The notes under the pieces: model-generated | The model's input: only the letters and a program-made list of their open reading frames with translations | Told to the model about the DNA's origin: nothing | The model's database searches: none | Shown: positions 12,671 to 25,200 of the stretch, in pieces | Layout: every line of letters starts with the position of its first letter | Numbering within the stretch: position 1 is the stretch's first letter | Assembly (NCBI RefSeq): GCF_964355755.1 | Contig: NC_092678.1 | Location: 6,836,422-6,900,421 of the forward strand | Source of the DNA: Antedon mediterranea | Taxonomy: Eukaryota; Animalia; Echinodermata | Direction: 5' to 3' | DNA length: 64,000 bases | Position numbers and translations under genes: made by a program

Positions 12671-15600
12671 CTGAAAAAAAAAAAACAATGAAGATAAAAA
12701 CTGGTGGTAATTAAAAAAAAATAACCATGATTTTTTTTAAATTTCATTTTTTTTAAATTTTATATATAAAAAGTCTTTCAGTATTATTAGTAAAAAAGAG
12801 TGTTTAGGAGGTAATAGCCCAAGTCTGTAAGACATTCTATTAAAAGGAAAATATGTAGATAGAAATAATAATTTATTGTATATTTAATATCTAAGAAAGG
12901 TTTTTTTACTTATTTTACAATTGAAATAAGACTAAATTGTGACACTTGCAAACGAAATCAGACATAAAATATTTCCACAAATTCTGAAACTATATACCTA
13001 CAAATTTAAAATAGTAAAAAAATCACTATCTCTACTAGATATATGAGATGATACAAGATATCATCACAGTCTAAAGTTTGTTACAGTTTTGAAAAATGCT
13101 AATAAAGTTAAGCAACATGAAATGACAAAAGTACAACAAAAAAACCAGGCTGTTTTAAAGGGTACGCCTTAGTAAAGGGTATTCTAATTGTTTTATTTCA
13201 ATGAAACTTCGCACCTTCGTTCATTAACTATTGTATTATTATGCAAAATTTTTATTAAAAACAACCCATCGGAATATTTTTTAAAAATAAAGCATAAAAT
13301 ATGATAGGTTTTATGACAATCATACATAATTGACACAACATTTTAAAATGTATGCATTTAATTGTTTAAAAATAAAAGAAACACTAAGGTAATGTAAATA
13401 AATACTATTAACTATCAGTTTCTGTAAAAGTAATTTTTCAGCCTTAGTATTGTTTTTGGCTGTCTATACAAATCTACCTATGCGATCACTTATGTCTGAT
13501 CTCGCTTGCATGTGCCACAATTATTGTATTGCATTTTTTTTTCATAAATCAATACATTCTAAAGTCATTATTTATACTGTGTTTATTGAAATCTATAAGA
13601 TGAAAACCCACGCTTTTAAATGTCATGAAAACCACAGCGATTAAAATGAAACAACAATACTTCTGACATATTGACATCTGAAAAGTGTTTTTATGGCTGT
13701 TCTTTAATAGAATAGTAACAACGTAAAATGAATAACGTTTGGAAAACATGACTCGATAACGCAGATGAAACCTCACTTGTTTGCAATAATATTAAACTTT
13801 GTTTAAAACTGTCAATTAAGCTCGGTTTACAATCTAGTTTGACAAAAGAAGTGTGATGTACCCAAATATGGTACAGTTTTGTGATATGCCCAAATGGTAA
13901 TGATATGACATCATCATGTCCATGGACACATCATATTTTTTGTCACATAAAGTTTGATAGTGTAGACAGAGCTTTAGAAGCCAACTGAATTGGGATCTGC
14001 CAGAGTTATTTAGTTCAGTTTTAGGTTTACCCTGGTCTCTCCAATTCAGTTTTTGTTGTTTTATGTGAATATTGAAAAATACCAAATAAATATGATGAAA
14101 TGAAATTAATTTGTAAAGGAGTTCAAACGCCCAACCTTACAAGATTCAGTCCATGGAACTGTGAGATCAATAAAAGTAAAGTAATATTTATTGCTTTTCA
14201 AGAACAGTACAATTTATAAAACAGCATAACATTTGAATGAAAATAAATACATAAAATAATACAAACATTAAACTTGAACAATTAAACATGGAAGCAGGCG
14301 TATAACAAATAATATTGGATTGTGAGAGGTGGGTTCGAGAGCTGGAGTGGCAAGTTGCTACACCCAAATCTATGTTTTTGCATTGTAATTTCCAAAATCT
14401 ATCATAGGGATCTTCCTGTGCATTCAACTTTCAAAATACTACAAATTTTAACTTGAAAGTTTGGTGGAATTTAACTACAAATTATGCAAGATTCTTACTT
14501 TGCTTTTGTACAGCAGTTGACGATGAAAATAAATTGGAAAGAAAAATAAGGATGAAAAAGATTTCTAGTGTTACTATCACTATCAGCATTATTTTTAAGA
14601 GAATTTTTGTTTGCACGATGGTCAAAAACACTAGGAAGCAATAGACTGTAACCAACATCTGAGCATGCTCACAATAGTGGGTCAAAATCGTGGATTATCT
14701 GAAACAACCCTGATTAATTTTTGAAAATGTGCAGATGTTTGTTACGCTTATATGCTGTTTAACATGTGTTCATGACGTTTGGCACAAACTAGTCACCAGC
14801 ATCGCAATTTACGACTTATATTACTTTTTAAAATGCAATTTAATAATATTTCTAATTTTTATGATTTTTTCTATAAGCAACAACAACTTGGGAATTCTTT
14901 GTTATTCCTAATTAAATGTCTTATTTTATCAATATAGAATATTTTTAGAAAGTTTCATAGAAAAAAACTAAGTTTTTGAAATATTTGATATGTCTTTATA
15001 ATAATAATGATTGTAAATCTTTATACCATTTTATGCTTTGTAATAGTGTATGAATTTTTTCTGATACTTCATTGGTTTTATTGTATTTAGACAGGGATAA
15101 GACAATATCAAATATTATTTATAATTATGTATTATATTCTTAAAAATTTATACTGAAATATCATTTTAAATATCCATTGTTTATCACATGCGCAACAAAA
15201 GTGAGCTGTCCCCAAAATGACGAAATGACAAAAAAAGTTACATTTTTTGTTCTTGATTTTTAATAATGTAAAAAAAAAACATACATTCAATAAATAGAAA
15301 CAACATTGATCAAATCACCAAAAAAAAAAGTCACTATATATATTTATATTTCTGGGTTGCGAAAAGAAATTGAGGAAACCATATGTTGACAAATAATAAT
15401 TTATATAGATTAAATGTTCTATATTTAGAATAAAGAATCGAAATCTAGTAATAAATATGGAATGACAGATCACAACAAATTATTTTTTTTTTAAACGAGT
15501 CACTAAGGTGAAATATTTGGGCTTGTTTGATAATTAGAATAAAAAAACGTCTCTGACATTTCCTGTCAGTCCTGTTAAAATGCGAGCTCCACTCAGACTT

Positions 15601-16199
15601 TTTTTAGCTATATTATGTTTAAGTATGTAAATTGAAACAGAGAAAATCAAAGAAACAGGGCAAAATCCTCAAATTACTAAAAAAAAAAAAAAATTGGTCA
15701 GAAAATGTTTTTTTTTATTTGCTACATAAAAAATAACACTTTTCCAGTGTTTAGAGGTTCAATAATTGATCTTAAAGTGATAGTACAAGACGTCATGAAA
15801 TGCTTTCTACTCGTCAGTGAAACACAATTGTGATACCTTTTCCCCATGGGTTGGTACAAAATATGAAAAAAACGAGCGGCCATTATTAATTTATACATGA
15901 ATTGAAAACTAGATCAAATAAATTTACTTTAAATTAAAAACTTTTATTGCACACTTTCAATCAATTGTCTTTGGATTATTTTTTTTTTCTTTTTTCATTT
16001 GTGTGATTTATATACACATTTAGAACATTATTTTGTTTGTTTTTGTCTTTGTTTTAGCATCCCTGACACAAGCATTTGCTTTCTTGGTGATACCATTATT
16101 TTTGGAAATTGTTATTTTGATGAAAAATCAATCTTTATTTCCATCATAATCATTTTAAAAATTTAAAAATATGTGAAGGAATAGTAGTATTTTTGCCCA

Positions 16200-16622
16200 C
16201 TACGTCCCATTAGGACTACTCAATCAGAAGCTAAAGCAAGCAGCAGTTATAGTTCTAAGTTTTGCAAAAATGGAAACGCCACTATAATTTATTGATTCCA
16301 GCTGCTACAGTAGACCCAAAAAACGTCTGCGAAAAGAGTCTATTAGGACATGTCATGTACAAATCCCAAAGCATTTCTGGTATATTCACTGTCAGATATT
16401 CATTGAATTATTATCAAAACAGTCCATTAAAGTTTGTGTTTGTAATAGGATACTTCACACTTGAAATATCTAGGGATATGAAGTGACCCCCAGACTTGAC
16501 CTTAGCAATAAAATTAACTAAAGTGACAGAAATTGAGTGTTCACTTCTGTAAAAAAAAAATAATATTTATTCACATATAAAAAGAGAAAAGAAACCCAAA
16601 AACCATTGTCTGAAAGACAATT
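16200..16622 (+). repeat. ~430-bp dispersed direct repeat, second copy ~26438-26868
   Basis: Both copies begin ctacgtcccattaggactactcaatcagaagc and end ccattgtctga.agacaatt, with few differences. Confidence 0.9.
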
Positions 16623-19600
16623 TAACTGAATGAATAATAATACCAATTTTCTGAGTGGAGCTCAATTACATTGTCTGTTGCTGCTTGTTTTATAGTACTT
16701 TAAATATCTTATTTTCCATTTATTTTTAATCTTTTGGGGTGCAAATCAGATTAAAAAAAACAAACAGTATAAACTGTCACTTGAAATGAGATGACAGACA
16801 ATCAACAATTTACCTTATATTGTAGCTATATAAACATTAGTAAAAAACTCATGTATGGCCTTTTTTGTTTAATTCAGTTATCTTTTAGGGTGCAATTCAA
16901 ATTAAGACAGCGATTGCGTTGCAGTACAATACTGTCATTTTTTAATGAAATGACACGCAATCGACCAATGTACCTTGTTAAGCTATACAAATATTGTTAA
17001 AATTTAATTAGCATATTATTTAAATTATTACTTTTATTATTACTTATATATATATTAGTATTAAAATGAATACACTATTTGGTTTTTCTACAAGGCCATC
17101 TTGATGTTTGGTTTAAATAATTAAAAAACTGTACCAAATAAAATTTAAAATTTGAATATTATGGAATAACAAAAAAAATAATAAAAATATAACTCATGGA
17201 TTGAAATGTACAAATTACAACCCATTTTTTAGATTAAAGATTAATCATTTTGTAGATAGGATAAGATTGAAAAATAATGTTTGAGAATACAGAAACCTCA
17301 TTTTTGACATTGGTAAAACTCTCAATGTTTGAGATTCTTAATGATGCAGGAATTAGTCAATCCAAAATGTTGTCGTAATTCTCAACATAGAGGGCAGTCT
17401 CAAATAGGCATTTCCTTTTAATGATTTTTTTTGTTATTGACACGTCATAATTATTAATAAAAAAAAAACGTGACAAAGGGCAATATTTGAGTTAATGCTT
17501 TGGGATATTTAAGTACTTTTAAAGATATCTGAAGCATCCTTGGGCGACGTTTATTTAAAGCTGATACAGTTAAGAGCTGTTTGTCAAAAGTGATGTAAAG
17601 CTCTTCTAGGTGATACATTAGATATTGGAAATCTTTTTAATTTACAGAGTAGAGTAGATATTATGCAGCTCTTAATACCATGTCAATGTTTATAGCAATT
17701 ATATTTGTTGTTCTTTTAAGATCATGTCAAATTATTCTACTGATACAGGTTCTGTTTTATCTTAAATTCTTTTCTCTTATGCAAATTTGTTGGGCATTTC
17801 AACGATTAGCCATTAACTTTATGTACATTGACATTAACTAAAATCAAAGAGAAGGTATTCACTAGAATAATTTGACATGATACGAAGCATAATACTGTAC
17901 TTCCAGATTTCGCTCTTTGAGGATGAATTGTTCGGTACCACAAAACTAATGAGAGAGGAAACTATAAAAGCGGAAACAAAACGTTGTGGTCTAATGGTCA
18001 AGGTGCCTTGAATGGTAGGCTAGAGGGTCACAGGTTTGAATCCTTTAGAATCAATTATCATACAATCAATTTATGGGATTTACCAAAATACTAAGGAAGG
18101 ATCCAGGATTTTGGAGGAAAGCTACAGTATTTTAACATCATCTTCTATTCTCCTCATGAAAGCTATGCTAAAATGGTATCCTTAGGAACTTTTGTGGAGC
18201 AGTGCAGAAAAAATCTTTAAAAAACTACAGTACTGCAAAAACAAAACAAAAAATGCTAAATCATATTTCAGTCCTTTTCAAACAAATAACTACAGTAGTC
18301 AATCATATTAAATTCAGTCTTTACACTTGTTAATATATAAATTTTTTTGGTATATTTATGTTTTTAATGATTAAATATTTTTTAGATTATAATAGAATCC
18401 CAACAAAAATAAGGTAGCTACAGAAAAAAAAAATCTTTCATTATGTATCTATTTGTAATCACTAATTTATGTTATCACTTCTTTTTTTTTTTTAATCATT
18501 TTTTATGATGATTTTCCTAATAAATTCAAATTAAAAAAAACCTTAAATTTTCTCTAATAATACCAAATTTTCAAAACTATGGACATTATAACAAATATTA
18601 TTCATGTGAGTGTGAGTAAATACTACTGTAGTGCTAACATTCCAAAAAAACCTTTTACAAAATTCCCTATTCAATTTAATTTTTTGTAGAGTTAATGTTA
18701 TTTAAAATTGTGTTGTACCATCAGAATCGTGGCATCATGTTGGTGCAATTAGCAATAATCCTCCAAGGCACTAAGGCAAGATATTGTGATTATTATAAAC
18801 ACATTTTTAGAGAGATGCCAATAAACTTAATTACTTTGGACACAGATGTTAATGTACAATAATTTAACTAATTGTCATTCTTAAAACAATTTAAACTTTG
18901 ACCTGAAATCTGTACATAATGTTTGGTCGCATTAAGAAATACATATACAGTAGGATTTACTTACAGTATACTGGCATGCGGAATGCAAAGAATGAATGTA
19001 CAATTAGGCTTGGGGATGAGGGATGGAACAAGGTATAGGAATGGAGGGAAGTGGGATCAGAAGAAATGTTAATTGAGGGATTGAATGAAGGATTGGAGAA
19101 GGAATGGAAAGATGGGAAGGAAATTATAGGCAACAGAAGGGATTTTTAAGGGAATTTAAGTTTTGGACAGAAAGATTTCAAAAATTAACCATTTAATAAT
19201 TTCATTATTAATTTCATTATTTATTTCATTAAACAATACAATTTTTTTGATGACCACTTTATACTGTACATACATATTCTGTGATACTTACTATTTTTAC
19301 ATGTAGAGTACAGGGAATAATTTCGCCAGGTTAGAATAGCAAAAAGCTATACAAAACAACTTTATTGCTACACATTTACTGTAGTACAATTGTGTAGCAA
19401 AAAATACAATACAAAACTATGTTTCTCAAATCAAAAATCACTTTGATTAGCAATATTGCTAAACAGAATTTCGAAATTAAATTTTTCCCCTGGAGTATGT
19501 GTAATTTTTACCATTTATGAATTGTGAGACAATTCACTGTTTTTAAACTGCAAAATCAAAATCAGATCAATCAACCAGAAATGAAGGTAATGATGGATTG

Positions 19601-19735
19601 GAATGAAAGATGGCAACGATGAATTGGAAGGAGGAATGGAAAGAAGGCACTGAAAAAAGGAATGAGAAGGATGGGAAGTGGAAATGTTCAATCTCAACAT
19701 TTAATTCTGTAGTTTTAAAGATAATTTTTACTTAC

Positions 19736-19906
19736 TCGTTTTAAGAATTCTTCGGCGGCAATACGTGCTCTGGAATTCAAAGCTAATTTCATTTCGCTGA
19801 TCTCTTTGTCGATTTCTTCCATAAATTGAATTACAAAGTCGACCAGTTTATGTTTAAACATCTGCTCTGTGTGGAAGTTTGTTATCAGAAAACTTATATC
19901 ATAACC
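19736..19906 (-). CDS. ARPC4: ARPC4 exon 5 (171 nt)
   Basis: ttttcag|GGT...CGA|gtaagt; translates [57 protein letters not shown] (inside track ORF 19715..19978). Confidence 0.98.
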
Positions 19907-20139
19907 CTGAAAATAATATAAAGAAATATATTTCATATGTTTGTCTGGCGTTTGATTGAAATCCACAATTTTCACCACATAGGGTGTGTTTGTATACTCT
20001 TGTTTACGATGGTGTAAATTTCAATTTTAAAGAATAAAATTTGGATCAAAATTTTATGTAAAATCAAATAAGAACTGTGGTGCGACCAGTGATTTGTAAT
20101 AGCCGATGGCTGGATAGCAATCTATAGTGATAGCAGTTC

Positions 20140-20535
20140 AAGAAGTGATTCTCCATGGAGAGGGAACCAACAAGATGGCGGCTGCAATCGACCAATCAGA
20201 TATGCCCTATGCAGTACGCACTACTACGCCTGTGTTGAGCCTATCTACGTGAGAAGCGTAGCGTTAATCGTATAAACGCGAACGCATTTAATTTCTATAT
20301 GATCCTCGTATACAAATAATGCCAGATTACCAAGAAATTATTCATTCTATTACGGTTAACAATAATTATATTTAATTTTATAAAAACTTCACTGTGCTTT
20401 GACAAGAATATGTGTTGTAATTTATGTGATATTAATGTATTATATTAGATTATTATTTTTTATATTAAATAATGTTTTTGAACACATTTATGGCCGCCAT
20501 CTTGTTGGTTCCCCTGCTGTTGGAATCACTTTTCA
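20140..20535. mobile_element. Unclassified MITE
   Basis: Inverted termini aagtgattc...agggaaccaacaagatggcggc and gccgccatcttgttggttcccct...gaatcactt. Confidence 0.65.
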
Positions 20536-22898
20536 GTCTAGAGTACGCCCTCTAGTGTTCTTATTACATCTCTCTGGGTGCGACACATGTGTCAAATGTG
20601 CTTAAATTTGCTTCATTACGTTGGTTCAGATTTTAAGTCGCAGAATAAAAACTTTGCAGAAAACTGCTCCAACATATACATTTAATTTGTTAGTGAAGAA
20701 TGCAATCTTAACTAAGAAAGTAAAGTTTAATGACTGTATCCTTTAATCTTATAACTGTGTATACTCTAAGCTGCAGAATCAATAAAACAAGATTACATCC
20801 ATTTCAACATAATAAACGCCATAATGAGTATAAACTTTTCTTCAACGATTCACCTTTGACCTTTAAGATCATGCGTTAAGAACAAGAGTGAATTGCTCGA
20901 TCAAGTTTGCTATAAACTTGTTTTCCACTAGAAACAATTATTTGAGTATCAAATATTTTATTGGAGGACAACATTTTCGACGCCAATCTTTCACTCTAGA
21001 TGCAATTGTCATCTTTATCGCTTGTCTTGGTTGATTTACATTAGTGCTCATGAATACGTCCTAAGCTCTGATTGGTTGCAAATTATGTTCACACTAATTT
21101 CAGTATAAGTGAACTCATGGACCTAGATTCCATCATAAAGAGGGGTTTTAAAAGATGCAAATATGAATACGCATCATTCACATGAACCAATAATTATGAC
21201 AAATAAATGGTGTAAAGGCATGCTTAAACAACATGGAAATGTGTTGTTTCTTAATTCTAAAACAATCAAACCAAATTGTTAATGCAATGGAGACAAAAAC
21301 AGGTGCTAAACACTATGCTAGTTGGTCAAACAAAATAATTACAAACAAAATAATTACAAACAAAATAATTATGACGTACTAATATCACACTTGTGCCGGA
21401 AAATCAAATCGATCGCCAATGTTTTGGTTTCACTATGCTCCACATGGCTATGCACATGTCAAGAACCATATTGAAAAAGGTGTGAAAGACCCCTTAGCGG
21501 AGAAGAATGTTGTTGAAAAGGTGTTAACAAAGTCCATAGCGCAATGAGTGCGGATACGGCGCTATATAATAATACCATTATGAAAAGAACTTGGTAAACT
21601 AAACTAAAAAGTTTGGCATAAACTTGAAAAGAGTCGGGAATATTGAGTGTCCTGATCATGGTTGCTGCCTCTAGTATCAATCGATATTTTTAAAAAAGCC
21701 TTAAGCAACATCTTTTTTCTTCTTATTTTGGTATAGTAGGATAGGATAGACAGATGCCTCCTGTGAATATTGTTCCGGCGATCTCTCAAATGGGAGCTTC
21801 AAAGTTCTGGAGAACGGAGCCTTGTAAATGGTTCTTCTGCTTCTTCTTCATTTGTGGTTACCTTAGGATATTTTATGGATCATTTTTGTGTGTAAAGTGC
21901 TTAGAAATATTGTAGCATCCGCTATCTAAGACTACGATTTTTATCATAATTATTATTAGTCTTGAAGACAGAAGAAAGAAATCAAGAAGTTATTTAATTA
22001 AAAAACAAAAACCGGTATGTCTTTAATATATTTTTAGCAACCAATTATAAAGTTTTTATTTTCCTTCTACAAAAATTATTTTTTAATTGATTTTGTCTAG
22101 ACATTTTATAAAAAATTTGCAAAAATAATATATTATCAAGATAAAAAATTGTCAAATTGAGTTTCAACAATTTATCAACAAAAATTGACATTTAATTTTT
22201 AATTTTTTTTCCGATCTTGTTTTTTGTGAACAAAATATTGTCAAATCAACAATGAAATATAAGTAACAAAAACATGTAAGCATTTAAACCTTTTTGTTTT
22301 AATTTTGTGAATGTTATATTGTTATTGAATCAGTTTTTATTTAAAAACGTTTCCTGAAAGAGTCAAAATGCATACATCTAAACATATTCAAACATAAAAT
22401 AGATTATTTATGAAACTCATTATGTAATTAATGTGTTGCCAACAATGATTAATTATGTTATTTATAAACATTTGCAAGTATTTATAAACAGATTAACATT
22501 TTTTTCAAATAAAAGTGATTTATAAAACAAGGTTTTTCAATTTTACTTACATAAGTGAATTAATGATAAATAATTAATTTTAATCTACTTTAAAGATTTA
22601 TACACTGTGTATAATAGATATGTGACAAGTACAAATTTCCGAATCTGTTAATTAAAATCTAATTTTTGAAATTTAAATGTCAATTTGTTTGTCCTTAGGT
22701 AATAAAGCACGCTACGACTGTTAAATTAAATGCCTAAAGCATTGATTGATGTACAAAAAAAGGAACACTTTATAGAGGAGTATATTTGTCAAGATATAGG
22801 ATGTAAATACGCCTACATGGGACGGCCATAATCACTATCAAATGCCAGGGAAAAAAAATCAAACAAGTACTGTAAATGCAAGATATTGATACAGTACT

Positions 22899-23254
22899 TT
22901 TTATTTTATTTATTCGACTTCTCACTAACTCAGTTAGTGAAGGATCTGGACCAACAGGTGGTAAACACCTCTAAAACGGTCTAGTCCCAATTTGCACAGT
23001 GGCTGTGTGTGACAGTGGCTGTGTTTGTGTGGACACCGGGGTTAACCCCCTCCTCGTCTCGAAAGAGGTAGGTTCTTTAAAGTGCGCATGAGCTATGTGT
23101 ACACTGGACCTACGGTTTATAGTCCTTATCCGAGAAGACTCGTTCTACCACCAGAACCATTGAGCGAGTGAGCCTCGAACCCTTGCCGATGTTATGGCTA
23201 CGTAATTACGGTTCCACTGTCTTAACCGCTCGGCCACTCACTCATAAACTTTCT
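22899..23254 (-). mobile_element. tRNA-headed SINE with Deu/Nin-like central domain; decayed relatives ~4960-5050 and ~27520-27650
   Basis: A box TGGCCGAGCGG, B box GGTTCGAGGC, core GGATAAGGACTATAAACCGTAGGTCC...TTAAAGAACC, A-rich tail, AGTACT on both flanks. Confidence 0.8.
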
Positions 23255-24231
23255 AGTACTGTTTATTAACTGTTGCAGGACCTCCAATATGATTTTAAAA
23301 ACTTTCCGCATTGTGACTATATTACTGACCTTTTCCGTAAGCACTACCATTTTTGAGTAGACAAATGTAATTAGTCTGTCCTTTTACAAGCTGTATCAAA
23401 TTCGTGAAACTAGAAACATTAGTTAAAAAACCTACTAGTGTTTGTTAATTATGTTCGTATCATCATTTTCAGTAAAAGTGTAAAATAAATTAGTATCTAA
23501 TCTCGGTGAAAGCCAGCGTGACATAATGAACGCCTTCAGCAGTTTGTGCGTTTATTTTATCATCCAAAACAAATTTGTTTGCATACAAGGCAATTTAAAG
23601 TTGTACACAGTTTTAGTTAATTATTTGTGGTTATGTCTGGTGCTATCACAACATTGGTGACATTGATATTGTGCACTGACAGTCAAGCATGGCGATCAAG
23701 TCCTTCCAATTTAAGTAAACGTGTCTGTAATTTGTTGCAATTTGTTTGTGACAGCAATTTTAAGGTCATAAATTGCATTTTGGTCAATATGACTATAAAA
23801 CGTATTAAAACACAAACTCAAATGGAAATATCAAGTATCAAGACTGGTGCATGCTTACAAAATGGAAACCTAGATGACGCGATCATATGAAATTGGACTG
23901 TTACAGTATGTGAAATATACTCGAGTTTGAAATATACTCGAGTTTGAAAAATACTCGAGTTTGAAATATACTCGAGTTTGAAAGAGGTACAGTGTGTGAC
24001 AAGTGTCTCCTTTTTTGGTTTTAGTATTGACTGCCTCCTCCTTAGATTAGATGCAAAGTTGTTGCCTGCCCACATAAAAAGAAATGGCCTCAGAAAAAAT
24101 ATGCACTATTAAAAATTCCAATGCCACATGTTAAAAACAAACCGTGTTGAATAATTAAAAGATGTATTTCCCCTAATGAAAAATCAAGATTGAAAAAAAA
24201 AACAGACAATCTAACTATTTTTTTGCTTTAA

Positions 24232-24783
24232 AGATGTATTGTCCCTTTGACTAATTCCCAACAAATTTTTTGTTTTTTAATTTCGAAAAAAAGTGGGTCA
24301 TTTTGAAGTATCATAATAGTTATTAACTTTCACAAAAAATTAGTAAAAAAAAAAATAATTTAACCGAAATACAGATGTTTTTTTGTTCAAAAAATAACTT
24401 TGACTTCCAGTCAAAGTTTTCAATCAAAACATATCCCATAATGCAATGCGCTTGTTTGGCTACTCTGTACAGTATGCATAATCATAAAACTTTCTCGCGA
24501 TCTGTGTGAAAACACCTTCTCAACCGTGATGAGTTGTAAACAATCCTAATTAGCATCATGCATAATGCATACTCATGGTTTGAAATCTTTGTTTACTTTC
24601 GCTTGCGACGATTTCTCAGACGAAATGTAATCTAATTAATTTACCTGTTAATTACGTAAACTGTTGTTTTTGGCTCGAATTTTCGACTTAAAGTGAATAA
24701 CTTTAATATTACTTTGATATGGCCAATTTAAATTTAGAATATTTTTTTTGTTCATTTTTTGTGTTTCAAGGGACAATACATCT
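24232..24783. mobile_element. Kolobok/T2-type MITE; solo termini near 24158 and 12545-12563
   Basis: TTAA|AGATGTATTGTCCCTT...AAGGGACAATACATCT|TTAA. Confidence 0.85.
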
Positions 24784-24924
24784 TTAAATTACAGTTTTTT
24801 TAGGTAAATCATTTTTTGTCAAACTGAAAAAATAGTATGCAACATTAAAAAGGCAAACATATTCAACAAAAACATTTTTAGGTAGGTTTTCAGAATCTCT
24901 TCAACTGGTTTTCACACATCTCCC

Positions 24925-25200
24925 GCACACCCATTAAACTTCTTTTGCACCCCTTATTTAACTTGTTGTGTACCCCATTAACTTGTTGTGCATCCCCATT
25001 AATTTTTTGTGAATTCCCATTAACTTTTTGTTAATTCCTATATAATTTGTAGTATCATCTTGCCACCACAAAATAATTTGGCACTGTCATTTTTCGGCAT
25101 CTATTTGGCACCCCCATTAACTTTGTTTGCACCCCTATTAACTTTTTGAGTATCCTCATGAAATTTGTAGTATCACCTTGCAACCCCCATTAACCTTTTG
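24925..25200. repeat. Degenerate ~21-22-bp tandem repeat (CACCCCATTAACTT...)
   Basis: Recurring ccccattaactt motif. Confidence 0.65.

Noticed and set aside
13803-18576. Other AG|Phe-stop candidates for the last ARPC4 exon (near 13808 and 18576)
   Set aside because: Much weaker polypyrimidine tracts than the 12670 acceptor; cannot be excluded without RNA data.
21000-21880. Coding-like, slightly GC-richer stretch in intron 4
   Set aside because: Multiple stops and no recognisable motif; probably an old TE remnant that I cannot classify.
23165-23245. tRNA gene
   Set aside because: A and B boxes are present but there is no proper cloverleaf, and it continues into a SINE core.
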